Below, one piece after another: positions 36,534-46,255 of a stretch of 64,000 nucleotides of DNA. This DNA comes from an uncultured bacterium (GTDB lineage: Bacteria > Patescibacteriota > Patescibacteriia > Magasanikbacterales > GWA2-37-8): positions 131,275 through 195,274 of the forward strand of contig CALCZC010000025.1 in assembly GCA_937903605.1 (NCBI GenBank). The letters run 5' to 3'. Under the pieces are notes generated by a model. The model saw only the letters and a list, made by a program, of their open reading frames with translations, was not told the origin of the DNA and searched no databases. The translations under genes and the position numbers were made by a program. Every line of letters begins with the position of its first letter. Position 1 is the first letter of the stretch.

Positions 36534-38237
36534 ATGGAGGACGTTTTTATCCAAATTACTCTGCTTTTAGTATTGACTGTTGGTATTGCTTTTACTGTGA
36601 GACTTTTCAAACAACCACTTATCATCGCGTATATTATCACCGGTATGGTGTGTGGTCCGCTTTTTTTGAATCTTTTACACGGTCAAGAAAGGATGTATGA
36701 AGTATTTGCACAGTTTGGCGTAGTTCTCCTACTTTTTATCATCGGTTTAAATCTCAATTTCAATCATCTCAAAAATATAGGCAAAACTTCTCTGGTTGCC
36801 GGATTGGGACAAGTTATTTTTACCGGGATTATCGGTACTCTGATTTTACTGGCGATGAAAGTTCCGCTTTTAACCTCTGTTTATTTAGCAGTAGCGATTA
36901 CTTTTAGCAGTACTATCATAATCATGAAACTGCTCTCGGATAAAAAAGATACAGAAACGGTTTACGGTCGTTATACTATCGGCTTGATGTTGGTACAAGA
37001 TGTTATCGCCGTACTTATTATGATCGCTTTGGGAGTTTTAAAAAACGCGCAAGGTAATATTTTGGATTCTTTTTCTTTACTTTTTTTCAAAGGTCTTTTT
37101 GCTGTAATTTTTGTCGTGTTACTAGCAAAATATGTATTACCTAAATTTTTGGATAAAATTTCTGATTCCGGTGAATTACTTTTTATTTTTACAGTAGCTT
37201 GGTGTTTTGGTGTCGCATCTTTACTAATGTATTTTGGTTTTTCCGCAGAAATTGGAGCTATTGCCGCGGGTTTGGCTCTGAGTAATTCCCCTTATCAACC
37301 GCAAATAGCCTCTCGCGTCAAACCGTTGCGCGATTTCTTCTTAGTATTGTTTTTTATCGTTTTGGGTAGTGAGATGAACGTCGCTTCTTTCAGTGAGATT
37401 TGGCAACCAGGCTTGGTTTTATCTCTTTTTATTCTTATTGGTAATCCATTTATCCTCTACACCCTTTTCCGTTTGATGAAGTTTACTCGTCGCAACAGTT
37501 TTCTCTCCGGAGTAACGGCGGCGCAAGTGAGTGAATTCGGTTTTGTTTTACTTTTTATCGGTGCTCAAACCGGACATATTTTAGGAAATGAAATTGCTAT
37601 TTTTACTCTAGTGGCTATAACAACCATTTTTATTTCTTCCTATTTGATTTTATATAACGAACAAATTTATCGTTTTTTGATCCCGCTATTTAACTTGTTT
37701 GGTTCAGATAAATATCGTGAACAAGAAAAAGAACCTGGCGGTTTATACGATGTCTGGGTAGTCGGATATCATCGTATCGGTCAAAATGTTTGTGAAACCT
37801 TACAAAAAATGAAAAAGAGGTTTGCAGTGATAGATTTTGATCCGTTGGCGATAAAAAAACTACGCGAAAAAAATATCCCTTCGGTTTTTGGCGATGTGGC
37901 TGATATAGAATTTTTGGCTGATTTGAAATTTTGCGCTACTAAGCTGGTTATTATGACTATCCCGACCACCGATGATCAGCTCAATTTCCTCAACCACTTA
38001 CGCGGTGCTCGTTGTAAAGCTCTTGTTATTGCCAATGCTTATCACAAAACCGATGCCAAAATACTTTATGCCGCAGGTGCGGATTATGTGATGATGCCTC
38101 ATCTTCTGGGCGGAGCTTTTGTTGCACAAATGTTGCAAAAAAACGCTTGGAATAAAAAAACTTTTTCGCTGTTAAAAAAAGAACAGCAAAAAATGATTCC
38201 AGAATCAGGAACATTATTATCTCATCTTTTAAATTAA
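36534..38237 (+). CDS. CPA2-family K+(Na+)/H+ antiporter with a C-terminal RCK/TrkA-N domain (KefB/KefC-like)
   Basis: 12-13 TMs, then VWVVGYHRIGQNVCETL...VIDFD, a Rossmann-type RCK domain. Confidence 0.85.
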   Translation: MEDVFIQITLLLVLTVGIAFTVRLFKQPLIIAYIITGMVCGPLFLNLLHGQERMYEVFAQFGVVLLLFIIGLNLNFNHLKNIGKTSLVAGLGQVIFTGIIGTLILLAMKVPLLTSVYLAVAITFSSTIIIMKLLSDKKDTETVYGRYTIGLMLVQDVIAVLIMIALGVLKNAQGNILDSFSLLFFKGLFAVIFVVLLAKYVLPKFLDKISDSGELLFIFTVAWCFGVASLLMYFGFSAEIGAIAAGLALSNSPYQPQIASRVKPLRDFFLVLFFIVLGSEMNVASFSEIWQPGLVLSLFILIGNPFILYTLFRLMKFTRRNSFLSGVTAAQVSEFGFVLLFIGAQTGHILGNEIAIFTLVAITTIFISSYLILYNEQIYRFLIPLFNLFGSDKYREQEKEPGGLYDVWVVGYHRIGQNVCETLQKMKKRFAVIDFDPLAIKKLREKNIPSVFGDVADIEFLADLKFCATKLVIMTIPTTDDQLNFLNHLRGARCKALVIANAYHKTDAKILYAAGADYVMMPHLLGGAFVAQMLQKNAWNKKTFSLLKKEQQKMIPESGTLLSHLLN

Positions 38238-38247
38238 TCTTCGCTTT

Positions 38248-39609
38248 ATGAATGAATTAAAACAAAAAATTAATGAATTATTATCTTCCAAAGATCCCAG
38301 AGGTGCAATAAGGGAAATGAAAAAACGTCATGCCAGCGAAGTGGCGGAAATTCTACGTGAGATGCAACCGCGAGATCGTAATCTACTGTTCGCTCTACTT
38401 CCTACCAAATTGGCGGCCAAGGCCTTTGCCTATCTTCATCTCAAAGATCAAAAATATTTTTTAAATACTCTCAAAAATGCACAGGTTAGGATTTTACTTT
38501 CCAACCTTTCTCCGGATGACCGTACTCACCTGTTTGAAAGCTTACCTGCCAAACAAGCGGAAAAATTACTTGACCTGCTTTCTATCAACGATTTGCGAGA
38601 AACCAAATTTCTTTTGAACTACCCCAAAGAAAGTGTGGGGCGTGTCATGACCCCGGATTATATTTCCGTTAATTACGCCTGGTCTGTACAAAAAGCTATA
38701 AATTATATTCGCAAAAATAGCGCTAGCGCGGAAACCGCGGATACTATCTATATTACCGATGATGGTGAGCACTTACTTTTTAAAATCAAAATTTCCAAAC
38801 TTATCTTGGCGCAACCAAATTCGCAAATCAAAGATATTTTGGACGAGACAAACACGACCTTAGGAAAATTATCTCCTTTTGATGATCGAGAAAAAGCGGT
38901 GCATCTTATCAAAAAATACAATCTGACCGCGCTACCGGTAGTGGATTCTGCTAATGAAATGCTCGGGATAGTGACAGTTGATGATTTGATGGATGTACAA
39001 GAAGAAGAAACCACTGAGGATTTTCATAAAATTGGGGCTATCTCGCACGATCCCGATGACGGTATAACCGATGATCTAGCCAACGCTCCTATTCGTTTTG
39101 TTTACAAACGTCGAGTTTGGTGGCTTTTGGTTTTGGTCGGAGTAAACTTTTTTTCCGGGGCTGCCATGATGCGCTTTGAAGATATCATCGCCTCCACTGT
39201 CGTGTTAGTCGCTTTTCTTCCACTTCTTATCGGTAGTGCCGGTAATGCCGGCGCTCAAGCCTCTACTATAGTTATCCGCGCTCTGGGTACCGGTCATATC
39301 AAAAAAAATTCCTGGCTAAAAACTCTTTTCAAAGAAATAGCTATTTCTTGGATGCTCGGAATTTCTATGGCCCTGGCAGTTAGTCTGGTTGGATATTATG
39401 CTGGCGGAACAAAAATTGCTTTGACCGTAGCTCTGGCGATGATGAGCGTAGTGATGATTGGGAGTTTACTCGGAGTAACTTTGCCGTTTATTTTTGCCAA
39501 ACTCAAAAAAGACCCGGCTACAGCCAGCGGTCCACTAGTTACCTCTATTGTTGATATTCTCGGAGTTATAATATATTTTTCTATTGCTACTTTTATTTTG
39601 AGTTTATAA
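38248..39609 (+). CDS. mgtE: Magnesium transporter MgtE
   Basis: An N-terminal MgtE_N, CBS pair and a C-terminal 5-TM domain (PLLIGSAGNAGAQAST). Confidence 0.88.
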   Translation: MNELKQKINELLSSKDPRGAIREMKKRHASEVAEILREMQPRDRNLLFALLPTKLAAKAFAYLHLKDQKYFLNTLKNAQVRILLSNLSPDDRTHLFESLPAKQAEKLLDLLSINDLRETKFLLNYPKESVGRVMTPDYISVNYAWSVQKAINYIRKNSASAETADTIYITDDGEHLLFKIKISKLILAQPNSQIKDILDETNTTLGKLSPFDDREKAVHLIKKYNLTALPVVDSANEMLGIVTVDDLMDVQEEETTEDFHKIGAISHDPDDGITDDLANAPIRFVYKRRVWWLLVLVGVNFFSGAAMMRFEDIIASTVVLVAFLPLLIGSAGNAGAQASTIVIRALGTGHIKKNSWLKTLFKEIAISWMLGISMALAVSLVGYYAGGTKIALTVALAMMSVVMIGSLLGVTLPFIFAKLKKDPATASGPLVTSIVDILGVIIYFSIATFILSL

Positions 39610-39626
39610 GACACGATTTAAAAACC

Positions 39627-39660
39627 AAACACTTCAGCCTCTAGACTGAAGTGTTTTTTG
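39627..39660 (+). terminator. Rho-independent terminator
   Basis: ACACTTCAGCCTCTAGACTGAAGTGT followed by TTTTTTG. Confidence 0.7.
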
Positions 39661-39718
39661 TTGTGACATTTTTAATTATCAATTTGATTTGTCATGCTGA
39701 ATTTGTTTCAGCATCTCC

Positions 39719-40252
39719 CTATATTTTATATTTTTTTAAATTTTTTCTGCATTCTTTGCGAGAAGGAAAAAGTTCATCAACCAATCGCCAAAACCTAGAC
39801 GAATGATTGAGTTCTTTCAAGTGACAAACTTCGTGCACTATGATATAATCTCGCAAATTTTCAGGCAGATAAATCAATTTATAATTGAAACTTAGAGTTC
39901 CGTTTTTAGCGCAACTCCCCCATCGGCTTTTTTGATTTCCAATTCTGATTTTAGTAAATTGCAAACCCGTTTTTTCACAAACTTCTTTTGTTTTTTGGGT
40001 GATGATTTTTCGCGCTTTTTCTTTGTTTTGTAAATAATCTTTTTTACCTTTGGGGAGCGCTATTTTCGTTTCTTGGTTTTTGATTAAATCTATTTTATGC
40101 GTTATCCAATCGTTTTTTCTACGCAAAAAATCCTCTATTTTGGTAATACTTAACCATACCGGCGCGCAAACAAAAACATCACCATCCTCTTTGATGGTGA
40201 CACGTAGACTTGAAGTTCGTAGATTTCTTTTGAGTAAATACTTTATTGCCAT
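39719..40252 (-). CDS. YgjP/DUF45-family (SprT/WLM-like) zinc metallohydrolase
   Basis: HEVCHLKELNH (HExxH) near the C-terminus. Confidence 0.55.
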   Translation of the reverse strand: MAIKYLLKRNLRTSSLRVTIKEDGDVFVCAPVWLSITKIEDFLRRKNDWITHKIDLIKNQETKIALPKGKKDYLQNKEKARKIITQKTKEVCEKTGLQFTKIRIGNQKSRWGSCAKNGTLSFNYKLIYLPENLRDYIIVHEVCHLKELNHSSRFWRLVDELFPSRKECRKNLKKYKI

Positions 40253-40254
40253 AA

Positions 40255-40445
40255 ATAATTTTAGATTTTAGATTGCAGATTTCAGAATGATAGAGTTATT
40301 TTGTCATTCTGAGTAAAGCGAAGAATCCCTTGTAGTTAATATTATTTCTCAAAGCGTTGCTTAAGGGATCCTTCTCCGCTGTAGCGGATCAGGATGACGA
40401 CGGTTAGACAATCATAATTCATAAATCATAAATCTAAAATTGGTT
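40255..40445. repeat. Composite intergenic element: AT-rich TTTAGATTTTAGATT motif + inverted pair of family C hairpins (40302-40329 and 40365-40399) + inverted AT-rich motif
   Basis: TGTCATTCTGAGTAAAGCGAAGAATCCC and GGGATCCTTCTCCGCTGTAGCGGATCAGGATGACG, flanked by AATTTTAGATTT / AATCATAAATCTAAAATT. Confidence 0.5.
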
Positions 40446-41833
40446 TATTGCTGTTGTCTCATAAATTCAACAACCACCGGATCTGTAATCACATGCCTTT
40501 TGAGTAACGGTTGTTTGAGCACCAACCCGGATAAGCTGGCGCAACGAGAAAGCGCCACATAAAGTTGGCCGTGGGCAAAAGTTCCCCAACCGATATCCAG
40601 CACCGCTTTTTGAAATGTTTTACCTTGGGCTTTATGGATAGTGACCGCCCAAGCGAGTTTGAGCGGATATTGAGTATAAGTTCCGACAATTTCAGTTTCC
40701 ACTTTATTTTTGGCTTTATCCAAAAAATGTTTGTAATTATTCCAAGTATATGGCAATACCTCTACTATACTTCCTCCGTCCAGTTCTACCAAAATTTTGG
40801 CGCCTTTTATTTCACGACCGATTTCTATCACTTTGCCGATACTACCGTTGACCCAACGACTTTCTTTGTCATTGCTTATCATCATCACTTGCGCGCCGAC
40901 TTTGAGTTTGAGAAGGTTTTCCGCCGGAACTACTCTGTCCTCAAAATCTCCTTCCATTTTACCTTTGAACACTCTTTCTGCTCCCGGCAGTTTACGCAAA
41001 CGAGCTTCGTTTATCTGATTGGCTTGCGCATTGGTAGCGGTTAGTGAAATATAAAAATCATTTTCCGGGCAAATAAAATACGGATCACATTGCTGATTGA
41101 GTAGTGCCAACTCTTTTTCTTGCACGATATTTTCTCGGACTTTGTTGAGGATTTCTATAAACCCATCGTCTTTTTGTCTATAAATTTTACTCAATTCAAT
41201 AATCCTAAAATTAAATTCATCTCCGAGCAGCCTCCTGTCGTTGAGTGCTTTGGCGCTAAAAAAATACGGTGAGGAATAATAAGACTCGAAGTAATCTCTT
41301 TCATCGTCAGTTACTACCGGCGGGAGCTGATAAAGATCGCCCAAAAACACCATCCTCACTCCGCCAAACGGCTTCCCCGGGTTTTTGCCGTTTAATCTCA
41401 TAAATTTATCAATACAATCCAGCAAATCCGCCCGCACCATGGATATTTCATCTATTACCAGTGCATCTAGTTTGCTATAAAGCGATTTACTACTATCTTT
41501 GCCGTGTTTTCTGACCATTGCCGGACTAATTCCCGGACGAAAACCGAAAAATGAATGGATAGTTTGTCCGCGGACATTGAGTGCTGCCACACCGGTTGGC
41601 GCCAAGACAGCGATATTTTGTCCGGTTTTGGCGCGCCAATATTCAAGCAAGGTTGATTTACCTGTCCCGGCTTTACCGGTCAAGAAAATATGATCACGAC
41701 GATTTTCCAACATATCCAGCGCAACAGCAAACTCATCGCTGATTTCAATATTTGAAAATTTATCTTTATCTTCTTTTTTATCTTTAAATTTTTCTTCATC
41801 ACTCTTTTTCCGGCGCAGAGAGTATTTGTGCAT
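40445..41833 (-). CDS. RecD/PIF1-like superfamily-1 DNA helicase
   Basis: Walker A GKAGTGKST, Walker B VIDEISM, and a C-terminal SH3 / UvrD_C_2-like region. Confidence 0.8.
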   Translation of the reverse strand: MHKYSLRRKKSDEEKFKDKKEDKDKFSNIEISDEFAVALDMLENRRDHIFLTGKAGTGKSTLLEYWRAKTGQNIAVLAPTGVAALNVRGQTIHSFFGFRPGISPAMVRKHGKDSSKSLYSKLDALVIDEISMVRADLLDCIDKFMRLNGKNPGKPFGGVRMVFLGDLYQLPPVVTDDERDYFESYYSSPYFFSAKALNDRRLLGDEFNFRIIELSKIYRQKDDGFIEILNKVRENIVQEKELALLNQQCDPYFICPENDFYISLTATNAQANQINEARLRKLPGAERVFKGKMEGDFEDRVVPAENLLKLKVGAQVMMISNDKESRWVNGSIGKVIEIGREIKGAKILVELDGGSIVEVLPYTWNNYKHFLDKAKNKVETEIVGTYTQYPLKLAWAVTIHKAQGKTFQKAVLDIGWGTFAHGQLYVALSRCASLSGLVLKQPLLKRHVITDPVVVEFMRQQQ

Positions 41834-42181
41834 ACAACAATTTATGATTTTAGATTTATGAATTTAGATTACGTACGAACTTACGAAATGATACCTGCCC
41901 GCCAACGGCCTGGAGCCGTAAGGTGAATGGCAGGCGGGCGAAATTACGAAAAATAAAATGGTTTTTGTCATTATTTATTCGAGACATTCGGATGAATTCG
42001 TAGATTCGGATTATTCTTGAGAGAATATTATAACACTTCTGAGTAGAAAAAACAAAAATCAATATTTTTAAAATTATTTATATCAAGATATCTGACTAAA
42101 TAACTCTAATATTAGCTAAATTTTGATTAAAAATTACATATTTTATCTAATATTAGCCAAAAATTGGTTTATATGATGGTC

Positions 42182-42210
42182 TTGACAAAAGTGTCAAAAT
42201 ATGCTATAAT
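42182..42210 (+). promoter_or_regulatory. Consensus sigma70 promoter (TTGACA-17-TATAAT)
   Basis: TTGACAAAAGTGTCAAAATATGCTATAAT, nearly the same architecture as the promoter at 54479-54507. A perfect SD GAAGGAGGG follows at the downstream gene. Confidence 0.55.
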
Positions 42211-42254
42211 ATGCCGTTGAGTTCCTTTTATTAACTAACCCGAAGGAGGGTAAA

Positions 42255-42695
42255 ATGAGTTCAGGATTATTTTTAAGTCTCGAAATTTTTGTTATCATTC
42301 TCAGTGGAATTTCTCTTAACTTCTATTTCTCAAAAAATACTGAGAAGAAAGAAAAAGAAATCTTCCAGGTGCTTTCCGCAGTTTTCATCATCTGTTTCTT
42401 TGTTCTTGTGTCCTATCAAATTGGATACAAAGTAAATGAAGACTCTGGAAAAGGATACGCGGAAGCTATCCAAGAGGGAGAATCTTTCACTATCCATGCT
42501 CTGGTTGACAGAGCGGCGCTGGCTAAAAAGTCAGGCGAAGAAGGGCCGCTTCGTTATTTCCAGATCCCTCTTTCGTGTGTCCGGAAAGAGATTATACTTC
42601 CTGCCAGGCTTATGGTGACTGGCAAAAACCACTGCGAGTGGTTGGATGTCAAAGAAGAAAAACCGGAAAAAATATTTTCTTTATTTGTAAAATGA
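42255..42695 (+). CDS. Hypothetical protein (146 aa) with an N-terminal TM segment, GC-rich codon usage and strong expression signals
   Basis: Consensus promoter, perfect SD, two tandem terminators downstream (42718-42745, 42762-42785). GC content is clearly above its neighbours. Confidence 0.5.
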   Translation: MSSGLFLSLEIFVIILSGISLNFYFSKNTEKKEKEIFQVLSAVFIICFFVLVSYQIGYKVNEDSGKGYAEAIQEGESFTIHALVDRAALAKKSGEEGPLRYFQIPLSCVRKEIILPARLMVTGKNHCEWLDVKEEKPEKIFSLFVK

Positions 42696-42834
42696 AGAAA
42701 ATTGCTCTTTAAACTTTTGTCGCAGGCCTACCCGGGCCTGCTTTTAAATTTTAAAAAACAAAAACCGGCCTTCCGGCCGATTTTAATATCAAGTCCGCAT
42801 TCGTTAAAACTATGGACGGACAAGTGTTCAATAT

Positions 42835-43305
42835 TTAATATCCAATATCTTTTATGAATTTTTCTAATTTTGTTTCAAACTGACCACTATTCATCTCCTT
42901 GTTGTTTATTGCCACGCTAGATAGAGATTTTTTTCCAACCAGTGTTTCTATCTCCGCTACGGCTTTGTCGGCCCCAGAGCCTCCCTGAGTGCAAAAAACA
43001 GCTATTCTAGGGAGTCTATCGGCATATCTGGTCGCAAAAGCGCGTATTGGCGAGCTCATATTCCAACCCCAGATAGGAGTACCGATAATCACTAGATCAT
43101 AGGTGGTCAAATCAGATTTTATATCTTCTATCGGAGCAAGAATTTTTTTTATTGATTCTTTGCCACAGCGGAAATACCCCACCACTCCGGCTCTATCAGT
43201 CGGGTCTTTTATTTCTTCTATGTCGGCATTGAGTTTGGTTCTTAAATTTTCAGCAACCTTACGAGTCATCCCCGTACGGGAAAAATAAATAATTAGTGTT
43301 TTCAT
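42835..43305 (-). CDS. Flavodoxin-like protein
   Basis: MKTLIIYFSRTGMTRKVAE (FMN phosphate-binding loop) and a flavodoxin fold pattern. Confidence 0.8.
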   Translation of the reverse strand: MKTLIIYFSRTGMTRKVAENLRTKLNADIEEIKDPTDRAGVVGYFRCGKESIKKILAPIEDIKSDLTTYDLVIIGTPIWGWNMSSPIRAFATRYADRLPRIAVFCTQGGSGADKAVAEIETLVGKKSLSSVAINNKEMNSGQFETKLEKFIKDIGY

Positions 43306-43400
43306 ATTTTTGATTTATGAATTATGATTTTTGAATTATGATTTATAGACACCTGCGTCATCCTGAATGACAAAATGGTTTTATCATTCTAAAATCTGCA
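43306..43400. repeat. Composite element: tandem GAATTATGATTT AT-rich repeats + family C hairpin (CGTCATCCTGAATGAC...TTTATCATTCTAAAAT)
   Basis: Same organisation as 40255-40445, placed immediately upstream of the flavodoxin start codon. Confidence 0.45.
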
Positions 43401-43415
43401 TTCTAACATCTAAAA

Positions 43416-43913
43416 TTAATTAATCATCACTATTGTTAAATTAAGCACTGAAGCAAAACTCACCCATAAAATATACGGAACCAAAAGCCACCCGGCTGTC
43501 TTGTTGATTTTATAAAAAAAGTAAATATTTATCGCAATAGCAAACCATAAAAAGACGATATCAATAAAAGCCAGGAGCGGATTGTGAAAACCAAAGAAAA
43601 ATATTGACCAAAAAACATTGAGAGTTAGCTGCACGGCAAACGCGGTTATGGCCCAGAGTTTGAGATGATTACCTTTAAATAATCTAGTGAACCAATTCCC
43701 CTGTTTACTGGTCCAAACAAGTGCCAAAGCTATACCCATCATAATAAAAAGTATTGTCCAAACCGGTCCGAAAATCCAACTTGGCGGATTAAACTCAGGT
43801 TTATTGAGAGTTGCGTACCAACCTGGAATACTCGGGGTGGTAAAAAGAGAACCTACGGCGCTAGCCGCCAGCGGAATAATGATAGCGATGATATATTTTA
43901 AATATTTGGGCAT
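43416..43913 (-). CDS. tspO: TspO/MBR family tryptophan-rich sensory protein
   Basis: Five TMs with a W-rich motif (WYATLNKPEFNPPSWIFGPVWTILFIMMG). Confidence 0.85.
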   Translation of the reverse strand: MPKYLKYIIAIIIPLAASAVGSLFTTPSIPGWYATLNKPEFNPPSWIFGPVWTILFIMMGIALALVWTSKQGNWFTRLFKGNHLKLWAITAFAVQLTLNVFWSIFFFGFHNPLLAFIDIVFLWFAIAINIYFFYKINKTAGWLLVPYILWVSFASVLNLTIVMIN

Positions 43914-43951
43914 ATGTTATTTTTAATTTTTGAATTAACAAATGTATTATA

Positions 43952-44386
43952 TCACTTACATTCTCCATTATACAATTTATCCAACGCGCAAGTTGATCCG
44001 TCATCAAAAGTACAAATATCACCATTGTTGGTCGTGGTGTGTCCCCCTACCCAAGCGCAAAATCTTTGCTCTTCCGTGTCGTAACCTGTAGTTTTTACCC
44101 CACCGACCGGACATTCACCGCGCATCAACGCCCATTCTTCACAAGCTCGATTATCTTCAAAATAACACAAACTGTATTGTCCAGCATTATTTTCTTTCAT
44201 CACCGAAGTTCCACTTTTTTCCGCACAATTCACACTGGCCGGATTGGCAATACCAAGATTTTGTTCTTGATCATTATTTAACGTCTGTTTATAATTATTT
44301 ATTTTTTCCGGATAAAACGTCAAAAAAATACTTATTCCGGCCAACACAATTACTGTCATCAGTAAAGAAAATAATTTTTTTGTCAT
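43952..44386 (-). CDS. DUF333 domain protein (putative hemolysin-like), membrane-anchored, two repeats
   Basis: NPASVNCAEKSG...CYFEDNRACEEWALMRGEC and a second ...CAWVGGH...CTFDDGSTCALDKLYNGEC repeat. Confidence 0.55.
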   Translation of the reverse strand: MTKKLFSLLMTVIVLAGISIFLTFYPEKINNYKQTLNNDQEQNLGIANPASVNCAEKSGTSVMKENNAGQYSLCYFEDNRACEEWALMRGECPVGGVKTTGYDTEEQRFCAWVGGHTTTNNGDICTFDDGSTCALDKLYNGECK

Positions 44387-44575
44387 ATAATTAAAGTAAT
44401 TATATAAAAATAATATTTAATATCTACTTTTCATTTTTACTATTAATTATCTATATATTACACTTATTTTATAAAAAATTCAATCTTATTTATTTTTACT
44501 AAAACAAGTGCTTAAACCTACAAGCTAAAGCATTTGGCTAAAAATAATATCTTAATATTTTAATTTATCTTTTTA

Positions 44576-45697
44576 CTATTTTTCCCAACTAAAACCCTCT
44601 CTCCCAAAATGTCCATAAGCGGAAGTCATGGAATAAATAGGCTGTTTTAATTGCAAAAATTCCGTAATACCCCGTGGGGTAAGATCAAAATTGGCGCGCA
44701 AATATTCGCCCGCTTCTTTTTCTCTACTTTTATCTCCGCGAAATATTTCAACATTTACATCCACTGGTTCACTAACACCGATAGCATAAGCCAAGCGTAC
44801 TTCGGCTTCTGCTGCAAAACCCAGTTTGATAAGCTGTCTGGCGAGAAATCTAGCCATATAGGCGGCACTACGATCCACTTTACTGGCATCTTTACCGGAA
44901 AATGCCCCTCCTCCGATACGACCGATACCGCCATAAGTATCTACCGCAATTTTTCGACCGGTCAAACCACAATCACCATAAGGTCCGCCGGTTTCAAAAC
45001 GTCCGGTCGGGTTGATATAAATTTTTATTTTTTTATCATCCTTGATATTTTGAAAATGCGGATTAATAATGAATTCTTTTTTAAACCATTCACCGCAAAT
45101 CGGCTTGATAACATTTTCCAAAACATATTTTTCCAAATCCGCGCTGGCAATGTCTTTGATGTGTTGCACGGAAACAATCACTGATTCTATTTCTTTTGGG
45201 ATACCGTTTTCATACGCGACAGTAACTTGGGCTTTGCCGTCGGGCAATAGCGGACAATCTGCTTGGGTTTTGGTCAACTCATTTAATCGTGCGCAAAGAC
45301 GATGGGAAAGCAGTAGTGGCAACGGTATCATCTGGGAAGTTTCATCTGTGGCATAACCGTACATCATCCCCTGATCGCCCGCTCCGCCAGTATCCACTCC
45401 TTGAGCAATATGCGCGGATTGTTGACCAATGAGATTTTGGATCTGGAAATTATTAACTTCTCTTTCACTATAACCAATATTTTTCAATACATTTTTGGCA
45501 ATAGTTACATAATCAGGTCTAGCACCAGAAGTTATTTCTCCAGCCAAGATAAGGTGGTTGTCCTTGATAAGACATTCTATAGCTACGCGCGAATTTGGAT
45601 CTACCCCTAAACAAGCATCCAAAATCGCATCGCTAATTTGATCACAAATTTTGTCCGGATGACCGGCACAAACTGATTCACAAGTTTTATATTTCAT
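44576..45697 (-). CDS. metK: S-adenosylmethionine synthetase
   Basis: GHPDKICDQISDAILDACL, GGGAFSGKD and the GAGDQG motif. Confidence 0.9.
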   Translation of the reverse strand: MKYKTCESVCAGHPDKICDQISDAILDACLGVDPNSRVAIECLIKDNHLILAGEITSGARPDYVTIAKNVLKNIGYSEREVNNFQIQNLIGQQSAHIAQGVDTGGAGDQGMMYGYATDETSQMIPLPLLLSHRLCARLNELTKTQADCPLLPDGKAQVTVAYENGIPKEIESVIVSVQHIKDIASADLEKYVLENVIKPICGEWFKKEFIINPHFQNIKDDKKIKIYINPTGRFETGGPYGDCGLTGRKIAVDTYGGIGRIGGGAFSGKDASKVDRSAAYMARFLARQLIKLGFAAEAEVRLAYAIGVSEPVDVNVEIFRGDKSREKEAGEYLRANFDLTPRGITEFLQLKQPIYSMTSAYGHFGREGFSWEK

Positions 45698-45760
45698 ATT
45701 TAAAAATTTAAAGATTGTAAAATTAACGAATTTTAGATTTATGATTTTAGATTAACAATT

Positions 45761-45851
45761 TAAGACTCTCCCCTAACCCCTCTCTTATCAAGAGAGGGGA
45801 AACCATAGACCCCCTCCTTTTATTTAAGAGGAGGGCTTGGGGTGGAGTCTA
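45761..45851. repeat. Family A modular hairpin repeat, copy A1 (modules X+Z) with AGACTC...GAGTCT termini
   Basis: AGACTCTCCCCTAACCCCTCTCTTATCAAGAGAGGGG...CTCCTTTTATTTAAGAGGAGGGCTTGGGGTGGAGTCT. It starts a ~500-bp hairpin-rich non-coding stretch (45700-46255). Confidence 0.55.
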
Positions 45852-46156
45852 TAAATAAAAAACTTTCCCTATTTGGGAAAGAAGAAAATCGACCTGCCTG
45901 CGCGTTTTTTAAGACGAACAGGCCTTATCTTTCCCTATTCTCCGCATTTGAAACGGAGTAAAGGCTAGAATTGGCACCTTTCTTTGAAGTTTAATCAAAG
46001 AGGTTGTCGGCAGTGTTCGGGCTAGATCCCTAGATTCTTCGCCAAAGCGAAAAAACAAACTGCACTCTGGATAATTTAAATTGTCTGGGATAATTATAAC
46101 ACAAATAATTTAAAGTTGTAAAGTTGAAAATTAAAATTGAAAGATTAAAAAGATTT

Positions 46157-46216
46157 ACCCCTGTGAAATGGCGCTTTGCGCCAATTTTTGTTAAAACAAA
46201 AATTATTTCACGGGGT
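46157..46216. repeat. Family B element: ACCCCTGTGAAAT / ATTTCACGGGGT termini enclosing two small hairpins
   Basis: A perfect 12-13 bp closing helix, with internal hairpins GGCGCTTTGCGCC and TTTTTGTTAAAACAAAAA. Confidence 0.5.
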
Positions 46217-46255
46217 GAATAAAAAAAGCGGAGGGTTAACTCCGCTTCTGATTTT

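Noticed and set aside
40565-41693. Plus-strand ORFs within the RecD-like helicase gene
   Set aside because: Antisense shadow ORFs. The minus frame carries Walker motifs.
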